From Octopus bimaculoides (taxonomy: Eukaryota), in the NCBI RefSeq assembly GCF_001194135.2, contig NC_068986.1:76307602-76371601 (forward strand): a stretch of 64,000 nucleotides of DNA, given 5' to 3'. Each line of letters begins with the position of its first letter. Positions within the stretch are counted from its first letter, which is position 1. The notes beneath the pieces are model-generated. The model saw only the letters and a list, made by a program, of their open reading frames with translations, was not told the DNA's origin and ran no database searches. Below, piece after piece: positions 1 through 11,594 of the stretch. The translations under genes and the position numbers were made by a program.

Positions 1-304
1 AAGATATTCAAGCGAGTTCGTTGCCAGTGCCACTGGACTGGCTCCTGTGCAGGTGGCATGTAAAATACACCATTTCGAGCGTGGCCGTTGCCAGTACCTC
101 CTGACTGGACTTCGTGCCGGTGGCACGTAAAAGCACCCACTACACTCTTGGAGTGGTTGGCGTTAGGAAGGGCATCCAGCTGTAGAAACTCTGCCAAATC
201 AAATTAGAGCCTGGTGTAGCCATCTGGTTCACCAGTCCTCAGTCAAATCGTCCAACCCATGCTAGCATGGAAAGCGGACGTTAAACGATGATGATGATGA
301 TGAT
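1..304 (+). mobile_element. RTE-clade LINE 3'UTR/tail (or RTE-tailed SINE) ending in (GAT)n
   Basis: Sequence ...GGAAGGGCATCCAGCTGTAGAAAC...CCCATGCTAGCATGGAAAGCGGACGTTAAAC(GAT)n. The same tail is joined to RT-coding sequence at 22462-23605, 50145-50776 and 61687-62590. Confidence 0.8.
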
Positions 305-723
305 TTTATGGTTAAACTTTGCAAGTGGTTCTTTTTTTTTTTTCTCTTAGGACCATGATGTCAAAAATATTAAAAATCTTTGATCTAATGTTTTAAAAAA
401 AATGTCTATAGATGACTTAAACAACATTACTTTTAGAATTCAAATCTACCTACACATACTACAAGTAGATCACAAGTAGAAAACATTACATCTGATTTTC
501 CCACCCTTTAATATTATTAAGATTTTTAGTTTAAACAATTACACATTGTTTCTTATCATTTATCCTAATTCAAACTAATATATTTAAATACTTATACTAC
601 TGTAGACAATCTAATGGAAATTAGTAAACAAATTCTATTATTTAGATGATATAATTTAATGTTAGAAATAATGGTTTTGACAGTACTAAAGATTCTAGGA
701 AGGCAGAAAGTTTAGAAAACTAC

Positions 724-781
724 AGCTCTCTCTCTCTCTCCCTCCCTCCCTCCATCTCTTCCCCCCCTCTCTCTCTCTCTG

Positions 782-822
<41 letters not shown>

Positions 823-841
823 CTTTCACAGACACTCACTG

Positions 842-872
<31 letters not shown>
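724..872. repeat. Compound microsatellite (CT)n/(TA)n. Many others occur window-wide, e.g. (GAT)n 3942-3980, (TG)n 20921-20953, (TA)n/(TG)n 29976-30065, 55956-56165, (GGT)n 61249-61285
   Basis: Seen directly. Several sit next to N gaps. Confidence 0.95.
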
Positions 873-1217
873 CAACTTTACCCATATCACCTCTGTTGAT
901 GTGGCTGTTGGATGTTACTATGCACCACTGATTACAATGTGTTTTCAGTACTTTCTGGATTTTGCCATTATTTTCTTTCTTGGCTTCATTTGTCTTACTA
1001 AATCATCTTTGAATACACACACACACACACACACATATCTTTGTACATATAGATAGATAAATAGATACACAGGCAGATAGATATATATATACATGGTGGG
1101 CATCGTGTCCCATTCAAACTGCTCCAAATTTTAGAACATCACCCTCGCAGTATGTGGCCAAGCATTATCCTAATTGTCATTTTTCTTCTAGCGCAGGTGT
1201 TATATATATATATATAA

Positions 1218-1535
1218 ACAAGAGTTAACGAATGGAGTAGATGAAATCTGGGTTACATATGTTTCATAGCAAGTGGAACCTCAGAAGTGGTAAATATCCA
1301 AGTGAGACTGCAGGCTACACTTCAGGTCAAGGATATCTTGATTAAATGAAAGGTTACACTGTCACAAGGAGGTGTGTCTTAACACTCCATGTGTTAACAT
1401 GCACCTCCTTGTGACAATGTAAACTTTTATTTAATCAAGATATCTTTGGCCTGAAGAGTAGCCCACTTCTGAGGTTCCACTCACTATGAATCATATGTAG
1501 CCTGGATCTTATCCACCCCATTCCTTAATTCTTGT
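1218..1535. mobile_element. Foldback/palindromic element (MITE-like), ~318 bp
   Basis: The left arm 1218-1385 is the imperfect reverse complement of the right arm 1390-1535, apart from a ~22-nt insertion in the left arm. Confidence 0.75.
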
Positions 1536-1810
1536 ATTCTTATTCACGTACCCGGCAACCCTGGTTGCCTACCATGAAATATGAAAAGAACTCTTTTCAA
1601 TTTATCATATTTCAATAAGAAAAAAATCTACAACCTTCCATTTCAATAAACCACTATTGTCTCTGAAAGTTGTTTTTTATATTATTTAGTATGGTTTGCT
1701 TGAAGTTAATTTTCTTCCTACACCTCAGTCCTTGGATCTTATATATATANNNNNNNNNNNNNNNNNNNNNNNNNNNTATATATTTGTGTGTGTGTACATA
1801 TGTTTGTATA

Positions 1811-2475
1811 TATCAAGTCATCCCATAAATAATGCGGTTTTTTTCCAATTGCCTGAACTAAAAGTCAGAGGGGATAGGATAAAGTACCTGCATCAACTTG
1901 CAGCTATAAAAGCAGGTAGTAATTTTACCTTTTTCTTATTGTTAATGCAAGTTTTGAAGAGTGCAGTTCGATTTTAACAGTTATTTTTTCAAAGCTACAA
2001 CAGAAGTGACAAAGGAGCATATTCGGCATATTTTGCTTTATGAGTTCAATANNNNNNNNNNTTTCAAAGCTACAACAGAAGTGACAAAGGAGCATATTCG
2101 GCATATTTTGCTTTATGAGTTCAATAAAGGCAACAATGCAACAGAAAGTGTGAAGAATATTAATGCAGTATATGAGGATCACATAATAAGCATAAACCAG
2201 TGTCAGTGGTGGTTCCAGAAATTCCAAGCTGGAAACTACAGCCTAGAAGACAAGACTCATCTTAAAAGATCTGTAGAGCTTGACAAGGACGTCTTGCAAA
2301 CTCTGATGGAACAAAATCCCATCATTACTGTTGAGAAACTAGTAGAGAAGCTTGGATTTGGTCATTCAACTATTCATCAACAACTGTGTGCCATTGGAAA
2401 AGTCAGCAAATTGGGTCAATGGGTTCCTCACAAACTTTCCAAGTCTAATTGCATGCAGAGAGTGAATGTGTGCTA
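1811..2475 (+). mobile_element. Mariner (Tc1/mariner) element 5' part: TA, TIR-like end and N-terminal transposase, truncated before the DD34D catalytic domain
   Basis: Translation KEHIRHILLYEFNKGNNATE...WFQKF..G...L.D...LG.VSKLGQWVPHKL shows the paired HTH domains and the mariner WVPH(E/K)L motif. The end TATCAAGTCATCCCATAAATAATGCGG resembles mariner TIRs. Confidence 0.9.
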
Positions 2476-3302
2476 CCAGTTGAGCACTAGAGTTGATATA
2501 ATCAACTAGCTCCCTCCTCTCCCAACATTTAAGGTTTTATGCCTATAATAGGAATTATTATTATTATTATTATTATTATTAGTTGCCAACTTGAACAGAT
2601 GTATTTATTCTCACTATTACTGGTTGTGTCTGGATTACAATAATTTCCAAGACAATCTTTTTTTTTTTACTGAATTTGGATTTATTACTTGTTTTATGTC
2701 ATGTCAAAAATGTTTGCATGACAAGTTTTATTTCATTGATGTTCACAGAGACACACAAACTCTTTTTGAAAATTCTCTTTGACTTTCTTCATAATGAAGT
2801 TAAGCAATAGAGGCAATGCTCCTCTAAACAAAACTGAAATTAGTAATACTGTAATTGTATACCAGAATTATTACAAACCTGATCTGCCAAAATTCTCTTC
2901 CATAAACCTTTTAGAGGGGGTAACAAAGAATATATCAATAACAGTCTTTGGGAGCTGAAAAAGAACCATGATCAGAAACCTTTCCTTGAGACCAATCTAA
3001 TTTTTTAAAAATAGTTGGCTTCAAAGATGAGCACTCACTTATTCAAATAACAGAAATGAACATTTAAAGTGGCTGAGTATTCTAGGGAAACATATACCCT
3101 TAATATAATTCTCAGGCTGAATCAGGGTATGATAAGGTACAATCAATCCTCTTCAGTTTCACTTGCAAAACTTGGGTGGACTGGCAGCTACAGCAGAAGG
3201 TGCCAAAAAGTGGGATCAAACCCAGGACCTTGTAATTGCAAAGAAAACTTATTAGTCACTCGGCCATGCCTGCATCAATGCTTCCTAATTAATCATGTAG
3301 AA

Positions 3303-3525
3303 CAGGTGTCCCCAACTACTGGGCCATGGATCAGAACCTAACTGCACAGAAAGAAATTTTAAATTTTATTTCTATTTTATTGACTATCACAATCTGCAGG
3401 ATGTTTTTGCATTACATATGTATTATATGTGATAATTAAATAATATATTATGCACTTTATTGCGTTTTTTTCTGTTATGCATGTGGTCTCCTGGCCTGTG
3501 ATACAAAAAAAGTTTGGGACTATTG
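3303..3525. mobile_element. hAT-type MITE with 8-bp target-site duplication
   Basis: Ends CAGGTGTCCCCAAC...GTTTGGGACTATTG. Flanks ATGTAGAA (3295-3302) and ATGCAGAA (3526-3533). Confidence 0.75.
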
Positions 3526-3603
3526 ATGCAGAATTAAGTGTCTTGATGAAGAAGAAAAAAAAAATGTATCACCTTCAGCCAGTTGCTTCCGTCTTAAAGA
3601 ACG

Positions 3604-3831
3604 TTAATCATTAAGCATTCAGATTACTCTGACAAATGTAATGCTTATTAAGTCACTTTGTTTTGAATTAATTGCACGTTATCTTGTAGCTTCAAGGATT
3701 CTATGATGTGATTTCTTATTTTTAATATGGCATTGCAGGATAGGTGTGAGAGTCTGGATCTGGTCAGTTTGAACATAAAACATGTTGAATATTTTTGCTG
3801 GATATGGCTGGATTAAAAGCTAAAGAGTTAA
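3604..3831. mobile_element. piggyBac-like MITE (TTAA-flanked), diverged copy
   Basis: TTAA...AGCATTCAG...GCTAAAGAG-TTAA. Same family as 30695, 45052 and 57649. Confidence 0.6.
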
Positions 3832-3941
3832 TTAGTTACTTAAAAGTATTAGTGATTATTAATTCCCATGAAGGCTCAAAATATTAACAGAAAGAGCCCG
3901 AAAAGAAAATAATACCGAAAAGATGCAGGTGTTCAAGAAGG

Positions 3942-3982
<41 letters not shown>

Positions 3983-4649
3983 TCTCATATCTGTTTTGGT
4001 GTCAGAATGTCAAGTTATCAGTTGATTCTCTTCATGTCAGTTTCCGATTGCATGTCACTATTCAGTGCAACTTTAAAATCAATGTTTATAAAAAAAATTA
4101 AAAAATTATCGATTTTTTATTCATTATATATTTTATTAAAATTTTTTTTTTATTAGATAAGAAAGAATACTGGATCTCTAGACAACCAATAAATATATCC
4201 CAAGATCATATAAATGTAGGTAATTTGCATTGGGAATGTAATTTCTTGCAGACTGTGATATTTAATTATGATAAATCAGTAGAAAATAATAGATTTTTTT
4301 TTCTTCCTTATTTGATGTTCAAAATGGGAAACAAAAGAAAAAAACAACAAAACTAAGAACGGAAAGAAACAAACAAAAAAGAGGTAGGAGAGAAAGCTAG
4401 GATAGGAGAAAGTAAATTTTTGTCAACTACAAGAGAATTATCTTTTATATGAGTGTAATTGCAAGAAGATTTGTTATTTAGGAACAGCAAAAAAATAAAT
4501 AAATAAATAAAATTGATTGCTAATTAATCAAGCTAGTATGTTATTTTATTTTCCTAGCTTTAAGTAAATTGGAATGCATTGTGAAGAAGAAAACATTTTT
4601 TTGTTTTTGTTTTTTTTGGCATCTGCTAAAAGTTTAGTGTAACTCTTTA

Positions 4650-4694
4650 ATGTATGGAGGTAGCAGCAATGGCGCAGCAGCAAGAGAAAGTTAG
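4650..4694 (+). promoter_or_regulatory. Out-of-frame upstream/overlapping ORF (MYGGSSNGAAARES*) overlapping both SMG6 start codons
   Basis: ATG at 4650 (ATGTATGG overlaps ATG 4654), TAG at 4692-4694. Whether it is translated is unknown. Confidence 0.45.
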
Positions 4695-4777
4695 AGGACT
4701 TTACATTAAATCTGCTGGCGATTCTACAGCACAAAAGGATACAAATTTGGATAAATCTGTTGAAAAGACTCGTAAAG
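4654..4777 (+). CDS. SMG6: SMG6 coding exon 1 (MEVAAMAQQQEKVRGLYIKSAGDSTAQKDTNLDKSVEKTRK-); the second in-frame ATG at 4669 may be the main start
   Basis: Open frame from ATG 4654 to donor AAG|GTATGT at 4778 (phase 1). It joins the 11595 acceptor in frame (G+AA = Glu). MAQQQEKVR resembles the human N-terminus MAEGLERVR (from memory). Missed by the ORF track because it is under 60 aa. Confidence 0.75.
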
Positions 4778-7700
4778 GTATGTTTTCTCCTTTGTTAACT
4801 TCATCTTGACACTAGGATTTACCTGTGTGATTTTAAAATTCATCAATGCTTTTTTTTTTCAAAAAATCCAGTTTTTGTTTTTGTTTTTTCTGTCTGCTGC
4901 GCGTTGTTTTCTTTTTTACTTTGAATTAGAAATTAGAGTTTATTCGATTAAACAATATGTTTCTAATACCTAAACTTTTATATATCTGTTTCTATATAAA
5001 GAGCGACACTTTCAAAGGTATAAATCAAAACCTTTATTCTAATCATCTGTTGGGTCTTGCTATTTATATATATATATATATTAGATCTACAAAGTCTTAG
5101 TTTGTTGTGAGAAATGAGGGATCATTTTGTAACGTAAACCAAGTAAGAAATTAATCCCCGTCTTTATAACCAGCAATTGTAAACTTAACCATTTTTCTTC
5201 CCTTCCTGCGCAGCTTCTTTACGCAACTTGTAGGTTTGGAAGATTTTTTTTATTTTTTTACTTTCTTGCTTTTACTTATTCTAATGTCTAATGTTTCTTA
5301 GTACTGGCTCTTCTTCAGTAAACGCCACTATCCACATATTACAATTTAGCAATTTTCTAACTTACGGTCTCTACCTTGCTTCGTTATCTCCAACCGAAAA
5401 TGAAGTTTTCCCAACGTGTTTTCTTTAGGTTTCGACTCATAAGATAGCAACATGACCCTTATCAATAGGAAATGGTAAATAATGAAACCTTACAAACAAA
5501 CCATATAAAGCAACGATGTGGAACTGTTCTGTTATAAACCATAAAGATATTAGATGAATGACTGTACTGCTTAGGGTGTTTTTGTTTTTCCAACCCTTTA
5601 TTAAAAACAAACACAACATTTACACCTTTTTTGCTTCTTTTATGTTGGTTCTATATCTTTTGGGGCCCGATATTTCGAAATGGGCTTTGTTGAAGTTTAT
5701 GTGTAAATATTTTATGTTTCTTTAGAGTCAATTATTTTTGTCCCATCTACCTGCGGGATACCACCGTCTTCGTGATATCTGTTCCAGTTACATCTTCATT
5801 TTCTGACGAACATTTTAGTCTGCATACACACATACCGTCGATTCTGTTTGTTCATAGAAAATTCGTGAGAATGGAAACCTTCATCTGCAAAATATGTATC
5901 TAATTATAGTTTTAAATCTAATTCCACACTTGAGTCTGGAAGCTGAGAGAGACTGTTGCCAGAGACTAGAATAGTTTTGAAATATTCTCGTCTCGCTGTG
6001 ATTTTCTTAACCGTGGTAAAAATAGCAGCCAAATTACCGCAAAGCATACCCTCCAGTCTTTAATAAAGGAATGTCACATTGGATAATGTACCTAATCATT
6101 AAAAAAAATTGAAAAAGGCAGTCATCGCCGGAATGCTTTCGATCATGGGTCTCTCAATCAAGGTTGACTTGGGGCTAAACTATAACTGTTTTTTCCCTAA
6201 CTGCTCCCATTTCGTCAATAGTTATAGGAACAATTCTTTTATTTGTATAAGGAAAGGTCGTTCTGTTATCTTTAAACGAAGGCATAGACGCCACAGTTTA
6301 CTATTACTTTCTTAATATACCCCTCCCCACTTGTTCAATTAAAGGGACAGACACAAAGTTTATATTCTTCTATGATCTTATTACGTTTTTTCTAGGGGAA
6401 AGTGAAACCTCATGAAAATATAAATGACTCATATTTATAAAGATGTTTCACCATGACAGTTTATTGAGGCGAGAAAAATAACGAAAGTATTAAAACAAAC
6501 TGCAAGCGGTATTCTCGGACAATGCTGATGGAAAAGAGATACTCGGTCGATGTGTTCAGTACATGAATCAAACACACACTCACATTTAAATGTATTTTAA
6601 TGTTATTCGTGTTTATAACCTTTACAGAATAGTGAATCAAAATGATTGTTGTACATGATAGTTATAGATTGGTAGATAGATATAAAAAGAGATGGAGAAA
6701 CCAGTATCTTCTCGCTTGTGCTGGCAGTTTGCCTTATGTGTTTTTATGTATTTTTATAGTTTTACTCGCAGACTTTGGCAATAACTAAAGTTGGAATCTC
6801 ATAGAAGTTGTTTTCATGTCATCGTTTCTACCTATCAGTTTTCTGTTTCTCCCTAAAATGTTTGAAATCAAAGTAGTAGGAATTCGGTTTATTTTCTGTT
6901 TAAAAGTACACACACTCGACGATGTTAAATAATAGTTTTAATATCGAAAATACAAGTTAGTAGTAGAGAAAGTGTTTGGAATATTACACAGTCTGGTTCG
7001 TGGCAGAACCCCCCCCCCCCAGCAATCTATTATTAAAGACAGTTGCTAGAACATTTCTTCATTCTTGGAGCAGTTACTGTTTTTGTTATTTATTCTGTGT
7101 TGTGGTGGAAGAAGAGAATATTACTAATTAACCCAACACCTTTTTGTTTTTGCTTCTTTAGAACCTGGTTTGTTGTTCACTGGAGTATTATATTATATAC
7201 TAACTATGTTATATTGAAATTCTCATTTCTAGTAAATATATACCAATACCTTTCTGTTTCCAACAGCTGATTCAAGATGGAACAGTTTACACATGTGGAA
7301 CTTTAGTTGTTGCTAACATGGCTATTTATTTTCATAGAATAATTTACAAAAGAAAGAAAGAAAGAAAGAAAACTAGTTTTATACATGGAGAAAATTAAAG
7401 GTAAAATTGAATAGCATGGATTTTTGCCTACGTGCTCACGACTGGCATAATACTTTTAGAAGACTACATAACTGTTGTTAGTATTAACGTACTTTACCAT
7501 CATTTGAAGAGTGAGAGACGAGGAGAGAAAGAGAGGTTCTAAGTTGCAGTTTGAAAGTTATGATTAATTCTGGCAGCTATTTTTAAATACACCCTCCCAA
7601 AAACCGATGTTTGGGTGATGACTAACGTTTCATATTAATTTCGTTAGAATGTTTTGGGTTTTGTTTGGAAAATATTAATTATTTTTGATTTTCAGTAGAT

Positions 7701-9714
7701 ATTCTGATATAACGGCAAGAAAATAGGAAATGTAGTTTCTTTGTTTACGATATCATAGTAATGTTAAAATTTGTTTATGAACGGGATATGAATGCGAGAG
7801 TCTGCAAGGAAGATTATTAAAACTATTGAATGTATGGATTCTCCCCTTCCTATTATTCTGTATAGAACCCCCAATCTGCCATTCCTGTTATTCCATTTAT
7901 AGGACAGGGCAATCAATAATGGAAAACTTACACCGATAGTGTCAATCACTCGAGCTATGTAGTAACTCAAACTGCTAAAAATAACAGCTAAATCTCTTAG
8001 ATCACATCCCACTGTTTTAGAAAAGAACACATTGGATAATGTACTCCCAGGTGAACTTTATGTGGGGGAAAAACGGATTGGGATAGCTTTGTTCATAGAC
8101 CCTACTCGATCAGGACTGACGAGGCTAAACAACGACAAATTACTTTAGGTTTCATTCTTCTCTTCAGTTCAGATATAAATACCATAATTGATGTGTTTCA
8201 GTAAATTTTGTTTTTCCTCTGGTATAGATGAGTAATATAGTAGCGTCTATTGCCAACTGGGATCGATTTTTGTTGTTTAAGGGGAGGCTTCATACTCCCT
8301 ATTAACAATTACAGTACCACCCTGCATTGTTTTATTTTCAGTCTTTTTATAAACTGTTCCCTCCATTACACCATACATCCTACGTTACTAGGTTTTATGG
8401 GAATTGTATAGACATTATGCGATGGGTAAGCGCTGCATCCCCCCCACCACCATATACACATCATCCTTGGAGGAGGAAGGATAGCGGCCCCTTCTGTTCA
8501 TCTAATTGAAACTTTTTCATTTAAACAAAGTAAAACGTAATCTTTTTAAAATTTTGCTCTTTATCACAGCATTTCGTCTTTGTAACCGTTCTCTTTCAAT
8601 ATCCCCTACTTCAAGGATAATAACTACTTAAGTATGTTTGTTACAGTTATAGCTACCCTTTCTGCAATGAGATATTGCAAGAAATTTGAGTTGCTTAGAA
8701 AGTAACCCAATTTATCTCAGTATTAAACCCCTAACTGCATCAAGATTGCTGCTAAGGCACTCAACATAGATTGAATAGTCATGGCTACAGATGCTGATCT
8801 CTAAGTTTCACAACTACCAACATATGATGCAGTGTAAAGTGCTCTAGATTATATAACTGATGAGATGCTTGATAGTGTACAGACGTGAATTAAGGTTATG
8901 GTGACTTAGCTATTCATACTGCCTTGAGTCAATAGACTATATTGAGAAAGGTACCTTGTTTTAACTAGTTATATGAGAGGATCAATATAAGTACCTCAAA
9001 AAACAAAAAAAAAGGTGTAGCTTATATACTCAAGAGAGAACTACTGTGAGCATTATAACGTGAATAGATGGTACATTTTTTTATAGATAAGTGTATAAAT
9101 ATATTAAGTGATGTGTAAGTTAGAAGTAGAATGACAAAACATGAATTAGATTTCATACTGGAATATATTATTTCATCTACGACAAAGAATCAAGAGATAC
9201 AAAGTTTCTATTCTTTTATTAGTTTTATTCATTGGACTGCAGCCATGCTGGGACATCACTTCTAAGTATTTTAGTTAACCATATCAACCCTGGTAGGTAT
9301 TTATTGATATGTTTATTGAATGGTTATCTTTTGATAAAGAAATGCAATTTACACATGACTCAGTTTCTACGAAGCAATTATAAATGGATCTGTCATCAGT
9401 TTCAACAATGAGTTTTACAGTTGTTCAATCAACTGATTTGCTTACGCATTGAATTACAGTGCAAGTGGCTGAATATTCCACTGACTTGTGCATTTATGTA
9501 ATAGCACAGTATGTTTGGACCATCCAACAAGCTTTGATATAGCTTCTATCTACTCAATTTCACTTGCAAGACTTCAGTTGACTTAAAACTATAGTAACAG
9601 ACACATACCCAAGGTACTAAGACAAGATCAAACCCAAGGCCTCATGATTACAAACCAAACTATTAACCACTGGACCATACCTGCTTCCAAATTATATAAA
9701 TATACATCTTCTTC

Positions 9715-10180
9715 AATCCCTAGCTGGTGACCAGATGGAGTGGCTGTCCTCTCAACCAATGCATTGCTGTGGGTGTCATTCCACACTTAGATGGTGTTAT
9801 TCCAATCCATCGCACTGACCTTGGTGTGCTTGAGGTCAAGGTATTGTGACTTCAGGCCTTCCTGAATTTGTTTTGCCCATGTCTTCTTTGGTGCTTTGTG
9901 CTGGACTTTCCAGTGAGTGAGTTGCTTCTGTCACAAAAGTTGGTGTGGTAGTCTTCCAATGCTCATCTTGCAGACATGGCCAAACCACTGTAGCCTATGC
10001 TGCCTGACTTGGTCTTCAATGGTGAACCGTTGCTGCCATTGTTCTTGGATGTTGTTTGAGATTCAGTTGTGTAGAGGATCTGAGGAAGACACTACATTTG
10101 GGAAACCTCTAGCTTTGTTCAGGTCTTGTTTGAGCATGGTTCAGGTCTTTGCACTGTAGAGGACACACAGACCCAGTGTG
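9715..10180 (-). mobile_element. Decayed RTE LINE ORF2 C-terminal fragment
   Basis: Minus-strand translation gives HRLQWFGHVCKM..GRLP..LL...KAPKKTW, typical of the RTE ORF2 C-terminus, with stop codons. Confidence 0.7.
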
Positions 10181-11594
10181 CACAAAACATACACACACAC
10201 ACACACACATATTGATGGGCTTCTACTCAGTTCCCATCTACTAAATTCCACTCACAAGGCATTGGTCAACTCAAAGATATAGAGATGCATTGGTTTTGAA
10301 TCAGGGACCACAGTTGCAAAATGAACATCTTAACTGCATTGATATATCTACACGAATGATTGTTTTGTTTTTGAATTGGATTTATAAAGTTTCATCATAG
10401 AATTGTGTAACAGACATGATTTTTGAAAGGACATAGCCAGCAAGAGGAAATGGTTGAAACTGAAGCAGCAACCTCAGTTTGCTAATTCTAGAATATATTT
10501 ACTAATATCAACATTATGAACCGTTCTTCTCAAATGAAGAAGTTGGCAAATCTTTAATTTTTTTACATATACATGGATGAAGTAGCTAAATTAGTCATCA
10601 ACAATCAATTTCTCACAACTGAGCCAAATTTTTGATGCTTTGAGTAAAAACATTTTATATTCAAAGCTAGTGCACAGCATTCAAACTTTAATTTAGCTTT
10701 TCAAACACGTTTGTAAATTAAAATAAGGTCAATATTTTGATTTGCAGCACCAATACTGCAACTCTGCAGCCATACATCCCATATTATTACAAAAATGTTT
10801 GCCTTTTAAATAAAAATTAGCGTTGTGTCAATGCTACATGGCTAATGTAAAGCATAAGACAATGAACTTGTTATAATTTATCTCTTTCTAGATATCAACT
10901 CCCCTAAAATGCATAGTAGGCTGATAGTGTAACATGGAATGATTGAGAAAAGGGGTTAGTATGATGCAATGGGAGATATGATATCTAGCTACATAGTCCA
11001 TATGAGCAGAAGTTTTCTAGTAGCAATAGAATAGGCATAGAGAGGAGACTTGTCAATGAATCAGAATTTATAGTGCATTGGTGAGTGAGTCTTTCCTGAT
11101 CAGTTAGTCAAATGGCCTTCTTTTGAATGCAGCATAGTATATTAGTGTGCATAGCAACAGTAATCCACTTGGTGGTTTAACTGAGCTTTACAAAGGATGA
11201 ACAACTTATCAAACCTGAAGAATTTCCTGGTTCTGAAGAAGGTTCTCTTGATTTGATATCATCTGTTGGCTATTATCTATAGCAGTTGTTCTTGATCTTT
11301 TTGACTTCGCAACAAACTGGAGGTCAAATAGAAAATTGTTTTGCAAGGAAATTTTAAATAAAACTATTTCAAAATAAAAAATTTAGAAAACAGAATACAG
11401 AAAACTGTTTTCAAGATGTTCAAATTTTAGTATAGATTTTTTTAAAAACCCATAAATTATATTTTTAAAATCTACAGTATACCTGTATACTTCTTGTAGT
11501 GCACTGTAGCGCATTTTTAAAAAACTTCTGATTTATAATCTTTAACTCCTCTTGCTGAATTTCATACTTATATATATTTTTGTTTATTTTTCAG

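Noticed and set aside
1987-2126. 65-bp exact direct repeat on either side of a 10-N gap in the mariner transposase
   Set aside because: Most likely an unmerged contig overlap (assembly artefact), not a biological duplication.
880-2830. Candidate minus-strand exons near 885-990 and 2755-2822 (e.g. GALPLLLNFIMKKVKE)
   Set aside because: Weak splice signals, no phase-consistent chain and no recognisable homology.
4574-4642. A further upstream short ORF (22 codons)
   Set aside because: It lies across a T-tract that may be an intron end or upstream of the TSS, so I cannot place it in the mRNA.
8108-8140. CTGACGAGGCTAAAC as a possible second hammerhead core
   Set aside because: No stem II and no GAAA. 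It is the 3' end of a common short repeat.
11552-11594. TTG 'start' and N-terminal MLNFILIYIFVYFS of the 636-aa ORF
   Set aside because: This is intronic polypyrimidine tract. The real exon begins after the AG at 11594 and splices in frame to exon 1.
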